A stretch of 62,784 bases of DNA from an uncultured Bdellovibrionales bacterium. GTDB taxonomy: Bacteria; Bdellovibrionota_C; UBA2361; SZUA-149; CAYMWO01. The notes under the pieces were generated by a model that saw only the letters and a list, made by a program, of their open reading frames with translations, did no database searches and had not been told where the DNA came from. This document shows positions 9,047-17,800 of the stretch, in pieces. The stretch's first letter is position 1. Each line of letters begins with the position of its first letter. The position numbers and the translations under genes were made by a program. The DNA lies in contig CAYMWO010000001.1 in the NCBI GenBank assembly GCA_964393905.1, positions 1 to 62,784 of the forward strand, in the 5' to 3' direction.

Positions 9047-9994
9047 ATGGAAACCATAAATGATTCGGCTAGAATTCAAGTAGCGCAAAGTGCTCAAACT
9101 ATCAGGACTGTTTGGGCGTATTTGATGGATTTAGTTGATCTGACCAAGCCACGCATTCTTTTACTCCTTTTGATTTCGACATGCTGCCCAATGATACTAG
9201 CCTCAGCTGGAACGGTGCCAGCTAGGATAGTGGTTTTGACTTTAATCGGCGGGGCTCTACTTTCCGCCTCAGCCAGCGCCGTTAACTGTGTTTGGGATCG
9301 AGATATTGATGCGCTGATGAATCGGACAAAGAATCGGCCAATTGCGGCAGGAAGAGTGTCGCCAACAGCTGGAATTGTCTTTGCTTCTGTAATTGGGATG
9401 CTAGGTTTATTAACTTTGGCTGTTTACGTTAATCCCATGGCCGCTTTTATTGGACTCTTTGGCCATCTGTTTTATGTATTCGTTTATACTATCTGGCTAA
9501 AGCGTTCGACACCGCAGAATATAGTCATTGGAGGGGCCGCAGGGGCTATGCCCCCGTTAGTTGGTTGGGCGGCTGTTACAGGAGATATCAATCTTACAGC
9601 GCTATTATTGTTTCTTATAATTTTCCTTTGGACTCCCCCGCATTTTTGGGCATTAGCTCTGAATAAGAATTCCGATTATCAAAAGGCTGGTGTCCCAATG
9701 ATGCCCTTGGTGCAAGGTGAAAAGGCAACACATATACAAATGTTTGCCTATGCACTCTCATTAATCCCTGTTTCGGTCCTACTCGTGATTGCAGATCCGA
9801 ACTTAGGTTGGGTTTCAATGTTCGGTTTGCTCGTACTGGGAACTATTTTTGCTTTGAAGACTTACAAGTTGAAGTCAATCAACCCGCTACATGTCGAGGA
9901 AAAAACCAAACAGTCTTGGAACGTATTTGGCTTTTCCTTGATTTATTTAGCGCTATTCTTCGTTTTGCTAGTTGTAGATTCAACACTGCTTTAA
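9047..9994 (+). CDS. ctaB: Protoheme IX farnesyltransferase (heme O synthase)
   Basis: UbiA-superfamily polytopic protein with NCVWDRDIDALMNRTKNRP and the second Asp-rich/aromatic region (PPHFWALA). Confidence 0.9.
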   Translation: METINDSARIQVAQSAQTIRTVWAYLMDLVDLTKPRILLLLLISTCCPMILASAGTVPARIVVLTLIGGALLSASASAVNCVWDRDIDALMNRTKNRPIAAGRVSPTAGIVFASVIGMLGLLTLAVYVNPMAAFIGLFGHLFYVFVYTIWLKRSTPQNIVIGGAAGAMPPLVGWAAVTGDINLTALLLFLIIFLWTPPHFWALALNKNSDYQKAGVPMMPLVQGEKATHIQMFAYALSLIPVSVLLVIADPNLGWVSMFGLLVLGTIFALKTYKLKSINPLHVEEKTKQSWNVFGFSLIYLALFFVLLVVDSTLL

Positions 9995-9997
9995 AGT

Positions 9998-11920
9998 TTA
10001 CAAACGAACCTGTTGATACCAAACATCACGTTGCCAAGGCATAAATCCCGCCTCAATGATGTGACGCTCAATAGTAGCGCTATCAATACAGAATGTAGTT
10101 CCCGCTGCGGAAACCACGTTTTCCTCAAACATTACCGAGCCAAAGTCGTCGGCACCATAATAGAGCGCAATCTGCCCCACGCTAGGTCCTTGCGTTACCC
10201 ATGAACTTTGGATGTGTGTGATATTATCCAGGAACAAACGGGAAACCGCTTGAACACGAAGATACTCAAGCGATGAGGTGTCCCCCTTTTTTAGGTTAGT
10301 ATTCTCTTCTTGAAACGGCCATGTGATAAATGCCGTAAAGCCACCTGTTTCATCCTGAAGTTGCCGTAGCTTGTTTAAGTGTAGAATGCGATCTTCCCAG
10401 GTTTCCTGAACACCAAACATCATTGTACAAGTTGAAATGAGCCCCAATCTATGGGCTACGCGATGGACATTTAACCATTCACGAGCCCCGGTTTTCAGTC
10501 TCGCAATCCTGTAACGAATTCGATCTACCAAAATTTCAGCACCCCCTCCCGGGAGCGAGCCGAGTCCAGCCCTCATTAACCTATTTAGGACCTCTTCCAC
10601 TGAAAGGTTGGACACTTTAGTAATGTGCATAATCTCATCAGCTGAGAGTGCATGCAGGTTTACCGCATAGTTTTCTTTGATCCATCGAAACAAATCTTCG
10701 TAATACTCTATGCCTAATTCCGGGTTTAGACCTCCCTGTAAGAGAATCTGAATACCTCCAGCATCGATAGTTTCTTGAATCTTACGTCCGATTTCTTCCT
10801 TGGATAAGAGATACCCACCCTTATTATAAACATCCTTCTTTGGCGGTTCGTAGAATGCGCAGAAGCGGCAGTAAACATTACAGACGTTGGTATAGTTAAT
10901 GTTTCGATCGACGATGTAAGAAACCGCCGGATGCTCAAAAAGCGCGCGTCGGCGAATATCTGCCGCCAGACCTAGATCAGTTAATGAGGCTTCAGTAGCC
11001 ATGCGGATGGCCGAATCAACAGAAATTCGTCGACCGGAAGAGGAGTCAGACAAGATACGGTCAAGTGAGATTAACTGTAAACGCGGCGGGACCGGGCGCA
11101 GACGACCATTGGACGAGGCTGCAGTTAAGAAGGGCTCGAAGATATTAGTTAAAGAAAACGGCAAAAATCCATGGTTAGAAGCCAAGCGCTGAAACTCAAC
11201 CATGCTTCTGCGCTCGTCTTCGCCAAGCCTGTAGAGAATACAGGAATTGACGTACTCTTCCGCCCGGTCTCTATTAAAGGCGTGCGCTTCGGCCCATTCC
11301 CTTGCAAGAATATCTCGGTGCTTAACGCCCAATGCAAATGTGTCAACAATTCCTGCTAACTTCTCCGTATCTAGCTGACTGAGCTTACCGGCCCAAACCG
11401 CGAAAACGAAAGGCAACCCCGTATGTCGGCGCCATAAATCGGCAAGGTCCCAAACGTAGGGGAAATTACCACGTTCGGCTAACGCCTCGTCACCAATCAG
11501 CAAGCCACCGGTTTTCCCCCCGACTCGGCTGGCTACCTCCAGCGGCTCAATTTTAGAAAATTTAATCGCCCCGACACGATCTGGTAAGAGCTCATTAAGA
11601 AGAACCCTAAGTAAAATGACTGAAGTCTGAGACGAGTAATCGAGAATTACATTCTCTAACTGTTCAATCGGAGAGTGGGATAGGAGAAGAACGCTCTCAA
11701 CTGGCCCTGGAGAACCAATTCCAAACTCCAACATCTGATATCCGCCGTGAGCTAGGTACTCCGCAAGTGGAATACAAGCCAGGTCCACCTCTCCCTCTGA
11801 TAACTTACGAGCGCACTCGCTGGGAGAGTTTTCAGAATAATCTACTCCCACGAGATCCGAAACCATGCGGTAGGGAGCGCTATTTAAATACGAGACATTT
11901 GCTATGCGGATGCTGTCCAT
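9998..11920 (-). CDS. mqnA-mqnC: Fusion protein: MqnA-like chorismate dehydratase domain plus radical-SAM MqnC-like domain (futalosine pathway)
   Basis: The N-terminal ~270 aa resemble MqnA/VitK2_biosynth (IRIANVSYLNSAPY, PFVFAVWA). The C-terminal ~370 aa carry VDRNINYTNVCNVYCRFCAF (CX3CX2C), GGGAEIL and GGFTAFITWPFQ. The MqnC versus MqnE assignment was made by eye. Confidence 0.75.
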   Translation of the reverse strand: MDSIRIANVSYLNSAPYRMVSDLVGVDYSENSPSECARKLSEGEVDLACIPLAEYLAHGGYQMLEFGIGSPGPVESVLLLSHSPIEQLENVILDYSSQTSVILLRVLLNELLPDRVGAIKFSKIEPLEVASRVGGKTGGLLIGDEALAERGNFPYVWDLADLWRRHTGLPFVFAVWAGKLSQLDTEKLAGIVDTFALGVKHRDILAREWAEAHAFNRDRAEEYVNSCILYRLGEDERRSMVEFQRLASNHGFLPFSLTNIFEPFLTAASSNGRLRPVPPRLQLISLDRILSDSSSGRRISVDSAIRMATEASLTDLGLAADIRRRALFEHPAVSYIVDRNINYTNVCNVYCRFCAFYEPPKKDVYNKGGYLLSKEEIGRKIQETIDAGGIQILLQGGLNPELGIEYYEDLFRWIKENYAVNLHALSADEIMHITKVSNLSVEEVLNRLMRAGLGSLPGGGAEILVDRIRYRIARLKTGAREWLNVHRVAHRLGLISTCTMMFGVQETWEDRILHLNKLRQLQDETGGFTAFITWPFQEENTNLKKGDTSSLEYLRVQAVSRLFLDNITHIQSSWVTQGPSVGQIALYYGADDFGSVMFEENVVSAAGTTFCIDSATIERHIIEAGFMPWQRDVWYQQVRL

Positions 11921-12999
11921 GACTCCTCCAGCACCTCGTAGGTGGTTGTACGTTCGACGGGTATTCTGCCAATTGCGCGAATCTGACCTTTAAGCTCATC
12001 AACAGTAAGCGCATCAGGAGTTCTCGCCCCTGCCATGTGATATATTTTCTCCTCTACCACCGTGCCATCCATATCATTTGCGCCAAACCGCTGAGCAAGC
12101 TGTGCTGCTTTAATGCCGAGCATTACCCAGTAGGCCTTGATATGTGGAATGTTGTTGAGCAGGAGTCGGCTCACTGCAATCGTTCTAATGTCATCTGCCC
12201 CCGTTGGGGCACCAATTTTACCTAAACGATTATTCTCCGGATGATATGAAAGAGGGATAAAAGCCTGGAAACCCCCCGTCTCATTTTGTAAAGCTCTGAG
12301 CCTCAAAAGGTGATCGACCCTTTCCTCAAGCGTTTCAATGGTTCCGTAAAGCATTGTGCAATTAGATTTCAAACCAAGGTTATGTGCCGTGCGATGCACC
12401 TCAAGCCACCCCTCGGCATCAACTTTGTCCCGACAAAGCTTTTTCCGAGCCCTTGGGTGAAAAATCTCAGCACCGCCACCGGGAAGCGATCCTAACCCCG
12501 CAGCTACAAGCTCGGTGAGAACTTGCGCGTAGCTCATGCCAAACTTCTCAGCAAAGTAATGAATCTCTACTGCGGTGAAGGCCTTGATATGAAGATAGGG
12601 AAAATTATTAGCAATCAGTCGCAGCAGCCCTGTATAATAATCAAAGGGTAAATCAGGATTAAGTCCATTTACGATATGAATCTCCGTCATCCCAGGCTGA
12701 TAGCGTTCCTTTATCCAGGAGAGAGCTTTCGCGTGGGACATCGTATATGCATTTGGCATCCCTTCTTCTAGCCTCGCAAACGAGCAGAAGACGCAGTCTG
12801 CCTCGCAGACATTAGTCGAATTCAAATGCAGATTTTTATTGAAATAAGTTACGTCGCCATGAAGCCGCTCACGAACGGAATTGGCAAGCTGTCCAATTCG
12901 GAGAATATCTGGATGTTGATAAAGAAATATTCCGTCTTCTAGATTTAGAGGCTCAGAGTTGAGGATTTTCTCCTCGATTCCCTTGAAATCTTTATTCAT
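11902..12999 (-). CDS. mqnE: Radical-SAM aminofutalosine synthase-like protein
   Basis: Contains NSTNVCEADCVFCSFAR (CX3CX2C), TEIHIVNGLNPDLP, GSLPGGGAEIF, ETGGFQAFIPLSY and FGANDMDGTVVEEKI, which resemble MqnE (SCO4494 type) as I recall it. The track ORF starts at TTG 13026. ATG 12999 follows the upstream stop (13001-13003) and is the more likely start. Confidence 0.75.
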   Translation of the reverse strand: MNKDFKGIEEKILNSEPLNLEDGIFLYQHPDILRIGQLANSVRERLHGDVTYFNKNLHLNSTNVCEADCVFCSFARLEEGMPNAYTMSHAKALSWIKERYQPGMTEIHIVNGLNPDLPFDYYTGLLRLIANNFPYLHIKAFTAVEIHYFAEKFGMSYAQVLTELVAAGLGSLPGGGAEIFHPRARKKLCRDKVDAEGWLEVHRTAHNLGLKSNCTMLYGTIETLEERVDHLLRLRALQNETGGFQAFIPLSYHPENNRLGKIGAPTGADDIRTIAVSRLLLNNIPHIKAYWVMLGIKAAQLAQRFGANDMDGTVVEEKIYHMAGARTPDALTVDELKGQIRAIGRIPVERTTTYEVLEESWTASA

Positions 13000-13000
13000 T

Positions 13001-14137
13001 TTATTCGTTCCACTTCCCAATCTCAATCAGCGCATCACCGTCCAATTCTTCCACGATACTCTCGAAGTGCTCAACCTTAGCAAATGCTTTATGCTGATTG
13101 ATGATATCTGAAACCTGACTGAGCTTAAGCACTCCCAGGGCTTTGGCACTCTGACTATCAACCGCCGCAAATCCGATATCATTTGCACCAAATGCCAACG
13201 CAATGTGGCCCGCCTTTGGCCCCAAAATGGAAAAAGGAGCCCGAATACATTCAACCTCAGGAAGAAGCAATCTTCCAAGCGCAATGATTCGAAGTATCTC
13301 TAACCCCAAAACTCCACTCTTAAAACTCGTCGGAGTGTCCAACACGCTAGAGGCCCATGGGAACCAAACTTTGAAATGCTGAGAGGGCGAGAGGTCTGCC
13401 TTGATTTTGAGGATGGTCGCAACTGTCTGCGAAAGGTTGCCAGACTCGATCGACTGACCGACAGTTAAGTCAAACCCAAAGTCTGCAGCTTCAGCATGCA
13501 CATTGAGGTCTCCACCACCTTCAATTTCACGAAATCCTGCAGCAAACAGAGTTTCGAGAAGTGCCGGCAGGGATTTTGTAGAACCATCATAGATTTCTAA
13601 AAGGGAAAGAACATCCAAAGTCGAGGGACCAAGTAGACTAAACTTGTGGTTTAACTTTCCTACCAGGGCATTAAACTCTTGGCACAGGGAGATAAAAGCA
13701 TCGCCTGTAAAAGCTCCAGACCAGCTGTCAATTGCGATGCAAATAGGAGCCTGGATCTGCAATTTTTGATCGATTGCAGAAAGGCTCTCTAAACAAATAT
13801 CCAACGCACCTCTTTGTCCATGAGCCTCAAGCAGTTTAGACAATGGCAGATAAAACACAGGGCGGAGGCGAATCTGCTCAGTAAAACCAAGAACCTTCCC
13901 CTGAATTTGTGTCAACTTTCCTAGAAGAGGTAGGCTTACTCCGCCCGCTAGATAACCAAGTTCTGCTTCTGTTAAATCTTGTTGTGTTGCCAGTTTGTGA
14001 GCAACGATTAGCAAATCTGCGTCCCGTAGGACACCGAAGCCGAATGCTCCAGCGGCCTCTTCAATGTGCCCAAGGTCTAGGTGCAGAGCCTCTGGAGTTA
14101 AATTCCGATCTACTATCGCTAGGTTTTGCTTAAACAC
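13001..14137 (-). CDS. MqnE/MqnC-family paralogue lacking the CX3CX2C radical-SAM cluster motif
   Basis: 378 aa, collinear by eye with the neighbouring MqnE. AAGFREIEGGGDLNV aligns with AAGLGSLPGGGAEIF. ALGRLLLPEVECIRAP aligns with AVSRLLLNNIPHIKAY. ALAFGANDIGFAAVD aligns with AQRFGANDMDGTVVE. The cluster position reads RLRPVFYLPLSKLL, with no Cys. Confidence 0.6.
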   Translation of the reverse strand: MFKQNLAIVDRNLTPEALHLDLGHIEEAAGAFGFGVLRDADLLIVAHKLATQQDLTEAELGYLAGGVSLPLLGKLTQIQGKVLGFTEQIRLRPVFYLPLSKLLEAHGQRGALDICLESLSAIDQKLQIQAPICIAIDSWSGAFTGDAFISLCQEFNALVGKLNHKFSLLGPSTLDVLSLLEIYDGSTKSLPALLETLFAAGFREIEGGGDLNVHAEAADFGFDLTVGQSIESGNLSQTVATILKIKADLSPSQHFKVWFPWASSVLDTPTSFKSGVLGLEILRIIALGRLLLPEVECIRAPFSILGPKAGHIALAFGANDIGFAAVDSQSAKALGVLKLSQVSDIINQHKAFAKVEHFESIVEELDGDALIEIGKWNE

Positions 14138-14780
14138 TTCTTATTGCTCTCCAACGATTATCCCCCTCGCTTCCCCAACGCTTGGCTATATCAATTTCAA
14201 GCCCCATTTGATCAATGATTTTAAGAATTAAACCATCGACTAAATCAGAGATTGTCTTGGGTTGGTTATAAAAACCAGGCATCGCCGGGATTATTCCAAC
14301 ATTCATTTTAGAGAGCTTCAACATGTTTTCTAGATGTATTGCTGAGAGCGGAGTCTCTCGTGGGACGAGGATTAATTTACGGCCCTCCTTTATAACAACA
14401 TCCGCGGCCCTATGAATGAGGTTTTCGCAAAGTCCATGCGAAATCGCAGCAAGTGTTCGCATACTACATGGAACAACAACCATGCCCGCCGTAAGGTACG
14501 AGCCGGAGGCAATAGTGGCGCCAATATTCTTGTTGTTATGGATAGTAACCCCGGGTGCGTCGAAACCAACTAATTCCTTGATTGTGAGATTAGTTGTAGA
14601 AACTTTTAATTCATCCTCTTCCCGCATAACTCGCAGAGCTGCGTCCGAAAGGATTACCTCAAGTTTAATTTCAGGAATATGCGATAGAAGTGCATGAAGT
14701 AAGCGACGACCATATATCGTGCCAGAGGCCCCAGTGAGCGCGATAATCCATGGTCTACTTGATTTTCTAAACTCGTCCAT
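14130..14780 (-). CDS. ubiX: UbiX-family flavin prenyltransferase (possibly the menaquinone late-step homologue)
   Basis: From Met 14780 the sequence reads RPWIIALTGASGTIYG...VVVPCSMRTLAAI...RKLILVPRETPLS, typical of UbiX/Pad1. The 37 codons upstream in the track ORF overlap menG and look non-coding. Confidence 0.85.
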   Translation of the reverse strand: MDEFRKSSRPWIIALTGASGTIYGRRLLHALLSHIPEIKLEVILSDAALRVMREEDELKVSTTNLTIKELVGFDAPGVTIHNNKNIGATIASGSYLTAGMVVVPCSMRTLAAISHGLCENLIHRAADVVIKEGRKLILVPRETPLSAIHLENMLKLSKMNVGIIPAMPGFYNQPKTISDLVDGLILKIIDQMGLEIDIAKRWGSEGDNRWRAIRSV

Positions 14781-15516
14781 TAACTTCCCCCAAAAATTCT
14801 GTCGGCTTTGCCACTTTTTCCGAGTGTCCGAGATAAATATAAGCCACTCCACCAAAGAGAGGGATAAAGCGCAGCCCTTTAAACTCGGCATCCGCCATCA
14901 GTTGAAGGAATTTATCTCCCGCAGGGAACGTCGCAGATGTTTTGGGCAGATATTCATACGCACTACGGTTTCCTGTTAATACACCACCAATTATTGGAAT
15001 CAGATAGCGACTATAGAGACGGTAAGCGAGAGAAAATCCTGGCAGTGTGGGTTGTCCAAACTCTAAAATTGCGACCTTTCCGTTAGGTTGAAGGACCCGC
15101 CTAATTTCTTTTAAAGCAGCCAATGGAGAATCCACATTACGGATTCCAAATCCGATAGTTGCGTAGTCAAAGCTGTTATCAGAAAATGGCAAGCTCTGAG
15201 CATCGCCCTGCATGAAGCTCAAATTGCTATTGATTTGCTTGGTTCTGGATTCAACCTTGGCCTCTGCAGCGCTCAACATATTAGCCGAGAAATCCAACCC
15301 CACAACTTCACCGCTTGGTCCTACCAGTTCGGCTGCAAGGAAGGCAAAGTCGCCTGTTCCAGTACAGATATCCACTAATTTTTCCCCGGAGGATACGCCG
15401 AGATAATTGAGAGCTTTTGCGCGCCACAGTCGATGGACGCCAAAGCTCAAGACGTCGTTCGTAATGTCGTATCGCGGCGCGATGTCCGAAAACATCTGCC
15501 GCACTTGTTCTGTCAT
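14767..15516 (-). CDS. ubiE: Demethylmenaquinone/ubiquinone C-methyltransferase
   Basis: MFSDIAPRYDITNDVLSFGVHRLWR and the SAM motif VDICTGTGD, with UbiE/MenG family layout. First gene of the menaquinone operon. Confidence 0.9.
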   Translation of the reverse strand: MTEQVRQMFSDIAPRYDITNDVLSFGVHRLWRAKALNYLGVSSGEKLVDICTGTGDFAFLAAELVGPSGEVVGLDFSANMLSAAEAKVESRTKQINSNLSFMQGDAQSLPFSDNSFDYATIGFGIRNVDSPLAALKEIRRVLQPNGKVAILEFGQPTLPGFSLAYRLYSRYLIPIIGGVLTGNRSAYEYLPKTSATFPAGDKFLQLMADAEFKGLRFIPLFGGVAYIYLGHSEKVAKPTEFLGEVNGRV

Positions 15517-15697
15517 AGCTACTAATTAAGCCCTGGGTTAACCGTGGCTAGTTCTATCACGGGGGCATTTTAGGGGCTAGTTTACCGAGGTAATCTCGGG
15601 CCAAGGCTTATGTATTTTTGTAAGGTCCTGACCTGATTACCGGTTTGGATTAATGGGCTCAGCGGAGGTGAAATATTTGTTTAGGGTATTTACCCTC

Positions 15698-16333
15698 TTA
15701 CTCAATTAGCCCGTGTCTAAGCGCCGCCTGCACCAACTGTGCATTGCTGGTAACACCTAGTTTCTTCATTATATTCGCGCGATGGCTATCCACTGTGCGT
15801 GGGGATATATGCAATGCTTTGGCGACATCCCGATTCGGTCGGCCTTCGCTCAAAAGCTTCATAACTTCACGTTCGCGGCTTGTTAGAAGCGCCATTGGAC
15901 TTCCTCCAACCTGGCCATCTTCCGTGCGATTTAGCACGGATCCGCACACACTTGGGCTGAGATATGTTTGCCCCTTTAGTAGTGAAAGAATGGCAAAACG
16001 TAGCTCCTCTGCTGAAGAGCTTTTGGGAACGAATCCCTTTGCTCCAGCGCGCATTGCCTCGCCCACGGAAAAATCATCATCTTTTGCTGAAAGAACAAGA
16101 ATGCCTGGTTTACACTGAATCTTTTGTAAACGATTGATTGCCTCAAGGCCGCCAAGGTTTGGCATTGATAAATCGAGAATTACAACGTCAGGCACGTGCT
16201 TCTCTACCAGCGGCAGCAGTTCAAACCCATCACTAGCCTCTGCGACAACGCTCCAACCTTCGATGCTATTTAGAAGCGCTGTTAAGCCCGCTCTGAGAAC
16301 TACGTGGTCATCAGCAAGAACTATTTTGACCAT
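15698..16333 (-). CDS. NarL/FixJ-family response regulator (REC + LuxR-type HTH)
   Basis: Receiver-domain acidic pocket (ADDH, DVVILDLSMP) and a C-terminal LTSREREVMKLL..G..N.DVAKALHISPRTVDSHR HTH. No adjacent histidine kinase. Confidence 0.9.
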   Translation of the reverse strand: MVKIVLADDHVVLRAGLTALLNSIEGWSVVAEASDGFELLPLVEKHVPDVVILDLSMPNLGGLEAINRLQKIQCKPGILVLSAKDDDFSVGEAMRAGAKGFVPKSSSAEELRFAILSLLKGQTYLSPSVCGSVLNRTEDGQVGGSPMALLTSREREVMKLLSEGRPNRDVAKALHISPRTVDSHRANIMKKLGVTSNAQLVQAALRHGLIE

Positions 16334-16454
16334 GGGACTGTTTCCTTTACTGCCAACAATTCAGATTAACTCATAAAATCTATCCGGATCCTATGTTGAT
16401 TATCGGTATATAGAGGAGAGTTCTCGATATCTTTTTGAGGAAGGTGGGGAAGGT

Positions 16455-16470
16455 TGGTTCGGCTTTTGCA
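16455..16470 (+). promoter_or_regulatory. Candidate sigma54 (-24/-12) promoter upstream of the rod/ring gene block
   Basis: TGGTTCGGCTTTTGCA has correct GG-N10-GC spacing and a consensus -12 TTGCA, but the -24 flank is sub-consensus. About 280 nt upstream of the ORF at 16752. Confidence 0.35.
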
Positions 16471-16751
16471 GTTACCCATATAGAGAAGCAGTAAGTTGGC
16501 GAAAGGACAGCAGATAAATCGTGGTAAGGATGCGGGCTAAATACTGGCCCGAACTAGATAAGTATCTAAGAATTATGCGTTTTAGTGCCAATAATAAGAG
16601 GCCCTAATTGAGACTGGTGGCAGGTTTGTTCGAATTTTTAATAGGTTTTTGCCGCCAAAGTCATGACTCAGAACAGCAGGGAATGGTCGGCAGATTGACG
16701 CCGTGCAGCTGATTCGGGGTTCAGGTCGGGAGACAAAATGGAGGTTTTAAA

Positions 16752-17744
16752 ATGACTACCACACTAACTATGCAGAGCGTTGCCGACATTGGCTTCGTAC
16801 TCCTCGTGATGTTTGTCTGTTTTAAATCCCTATTTGGTAGGGATTCTAAAATTGACTCGCGGGCGGAAAAGTGGGGCGAGGATATGCGGCAGCTTGAGTC
16901 CAGCTTACGCCAACTCATTCACGAGGCTAGCGCGGCTAGCGGGCATCTAGATCGGAGTTTACAGAAGCGACAGGCAGAGCTTCAAACATTGCTCACGAAA
17001 CTCGAGATAGCACAGTCAAACCATGACTCGGCTTATTCAAGTCAGCTAAATACAGATATTAATCCTGAACGCACTCATTACTCTCTAGAAGATCCATCTG
17101 ATAATGTTCAGGAAGATCTCCCAAATGATAGCTGGAGCACAAGTTCAAGATCTGTCAACAAGCTTGGTAGTCATCGGAGGGAACCGGCTAAAAAGGTCGC
17201 TCCGAAGATTGTGCGTCGGCTGGAGTCCACAGAAGTACTTACCCAAACGGCAAAACGCCGAGAGCGAATTTCTGAGCTCGAATCACTAATTGAATTAGAA
17301 GAGGACTCTTATACTCTTTATGGAGAGCGTGGAGTTAAGGCGAGCCCAAGCCAGAATATTCAGCTGAATAGAGCCCCGGCAAAACCAGGTAAAGGCTTAG
17401 CCACCGGCATCGAATTGATACCTCAGAAGGAAATTGCTGACGAATCTAAGCCACCCGCTGGCACGGACCCGGTGGCTTATAAGATTGCTCGCCGACTTTT
17501 GTTCGCAGGAAAGGAAATACATGTTGTCGCCCGTAAACTAGGTCTCGCGCTTTCTGAAGTGCGGGTAATTGACAAACTCTTGAGGGACGAGCTGGCAACT
17601 CGCGGTGAAGAGCATCTCATTCCAGCACGTGTATTTGGGAAGGCTGATGGAGATGATGCCGGGTTTGACAGCCAGGATGAGCAGCGCATGGAGCGCGAGG
17701 AATCGGATGAAATTGCAATTGAACGAGATAGCGCTCTGCTTTAA
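16752..17744 (+). CDS. Membrane-anchored coiled-coil protein, first gene of the flgF block (function unknown)
   Basis: N-terminal TM (IGFVLLVMFVCFKSLF), a coiled-coil segment, a long polar linker and a C-terminal HTH-like segment (ARRLLFAGKEIHVVARKLGLALSEVRVIDKLL). Lies 56 bp upstream of flgF. Confidence 0.55.
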   Translation: MTTTLTMQSVADIGFVLLVMFVCFKSLFGRDSKIDSRAEKWGEDMRQLESSLRQLIHEASAASGHLDRSLQKRQAELQTLLTKLEIAQSNHDSAYSSQLNTDINPERTHYSLEDPSDNVQEDLPNDSWSTSSRSVNKLGSHRREPAKKVAPKIVRRLESTEVLTQTAKRRERISELESLIELEEDSYTLYGERGVKASPSQNIQLNRAPAKPGKGLATGIELIPQKEIADESKPPAGTDPVAYKIARRLLFAGKEIHVVARKLGLALSEVRVIDKLLRDELATRGEEHLIPARVFGKADGDDAGFDSQDEQRMEREESDEIAIERDSALL

Positions 17745-17800
17745 AGACGCTACGGTATTGAAATTATTTGATTTCAAGTTGTTTTACGGAGAAATAGGCA

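Noticed and set aside
14781-14891. N-terminal 37-codon extension of the ubiX ORF in the track
   Set aside because: The extension overlaps the menG 3' end and has no UbiX-like sequence. The conserved UbiX N-terminus begins right after Met 14780.
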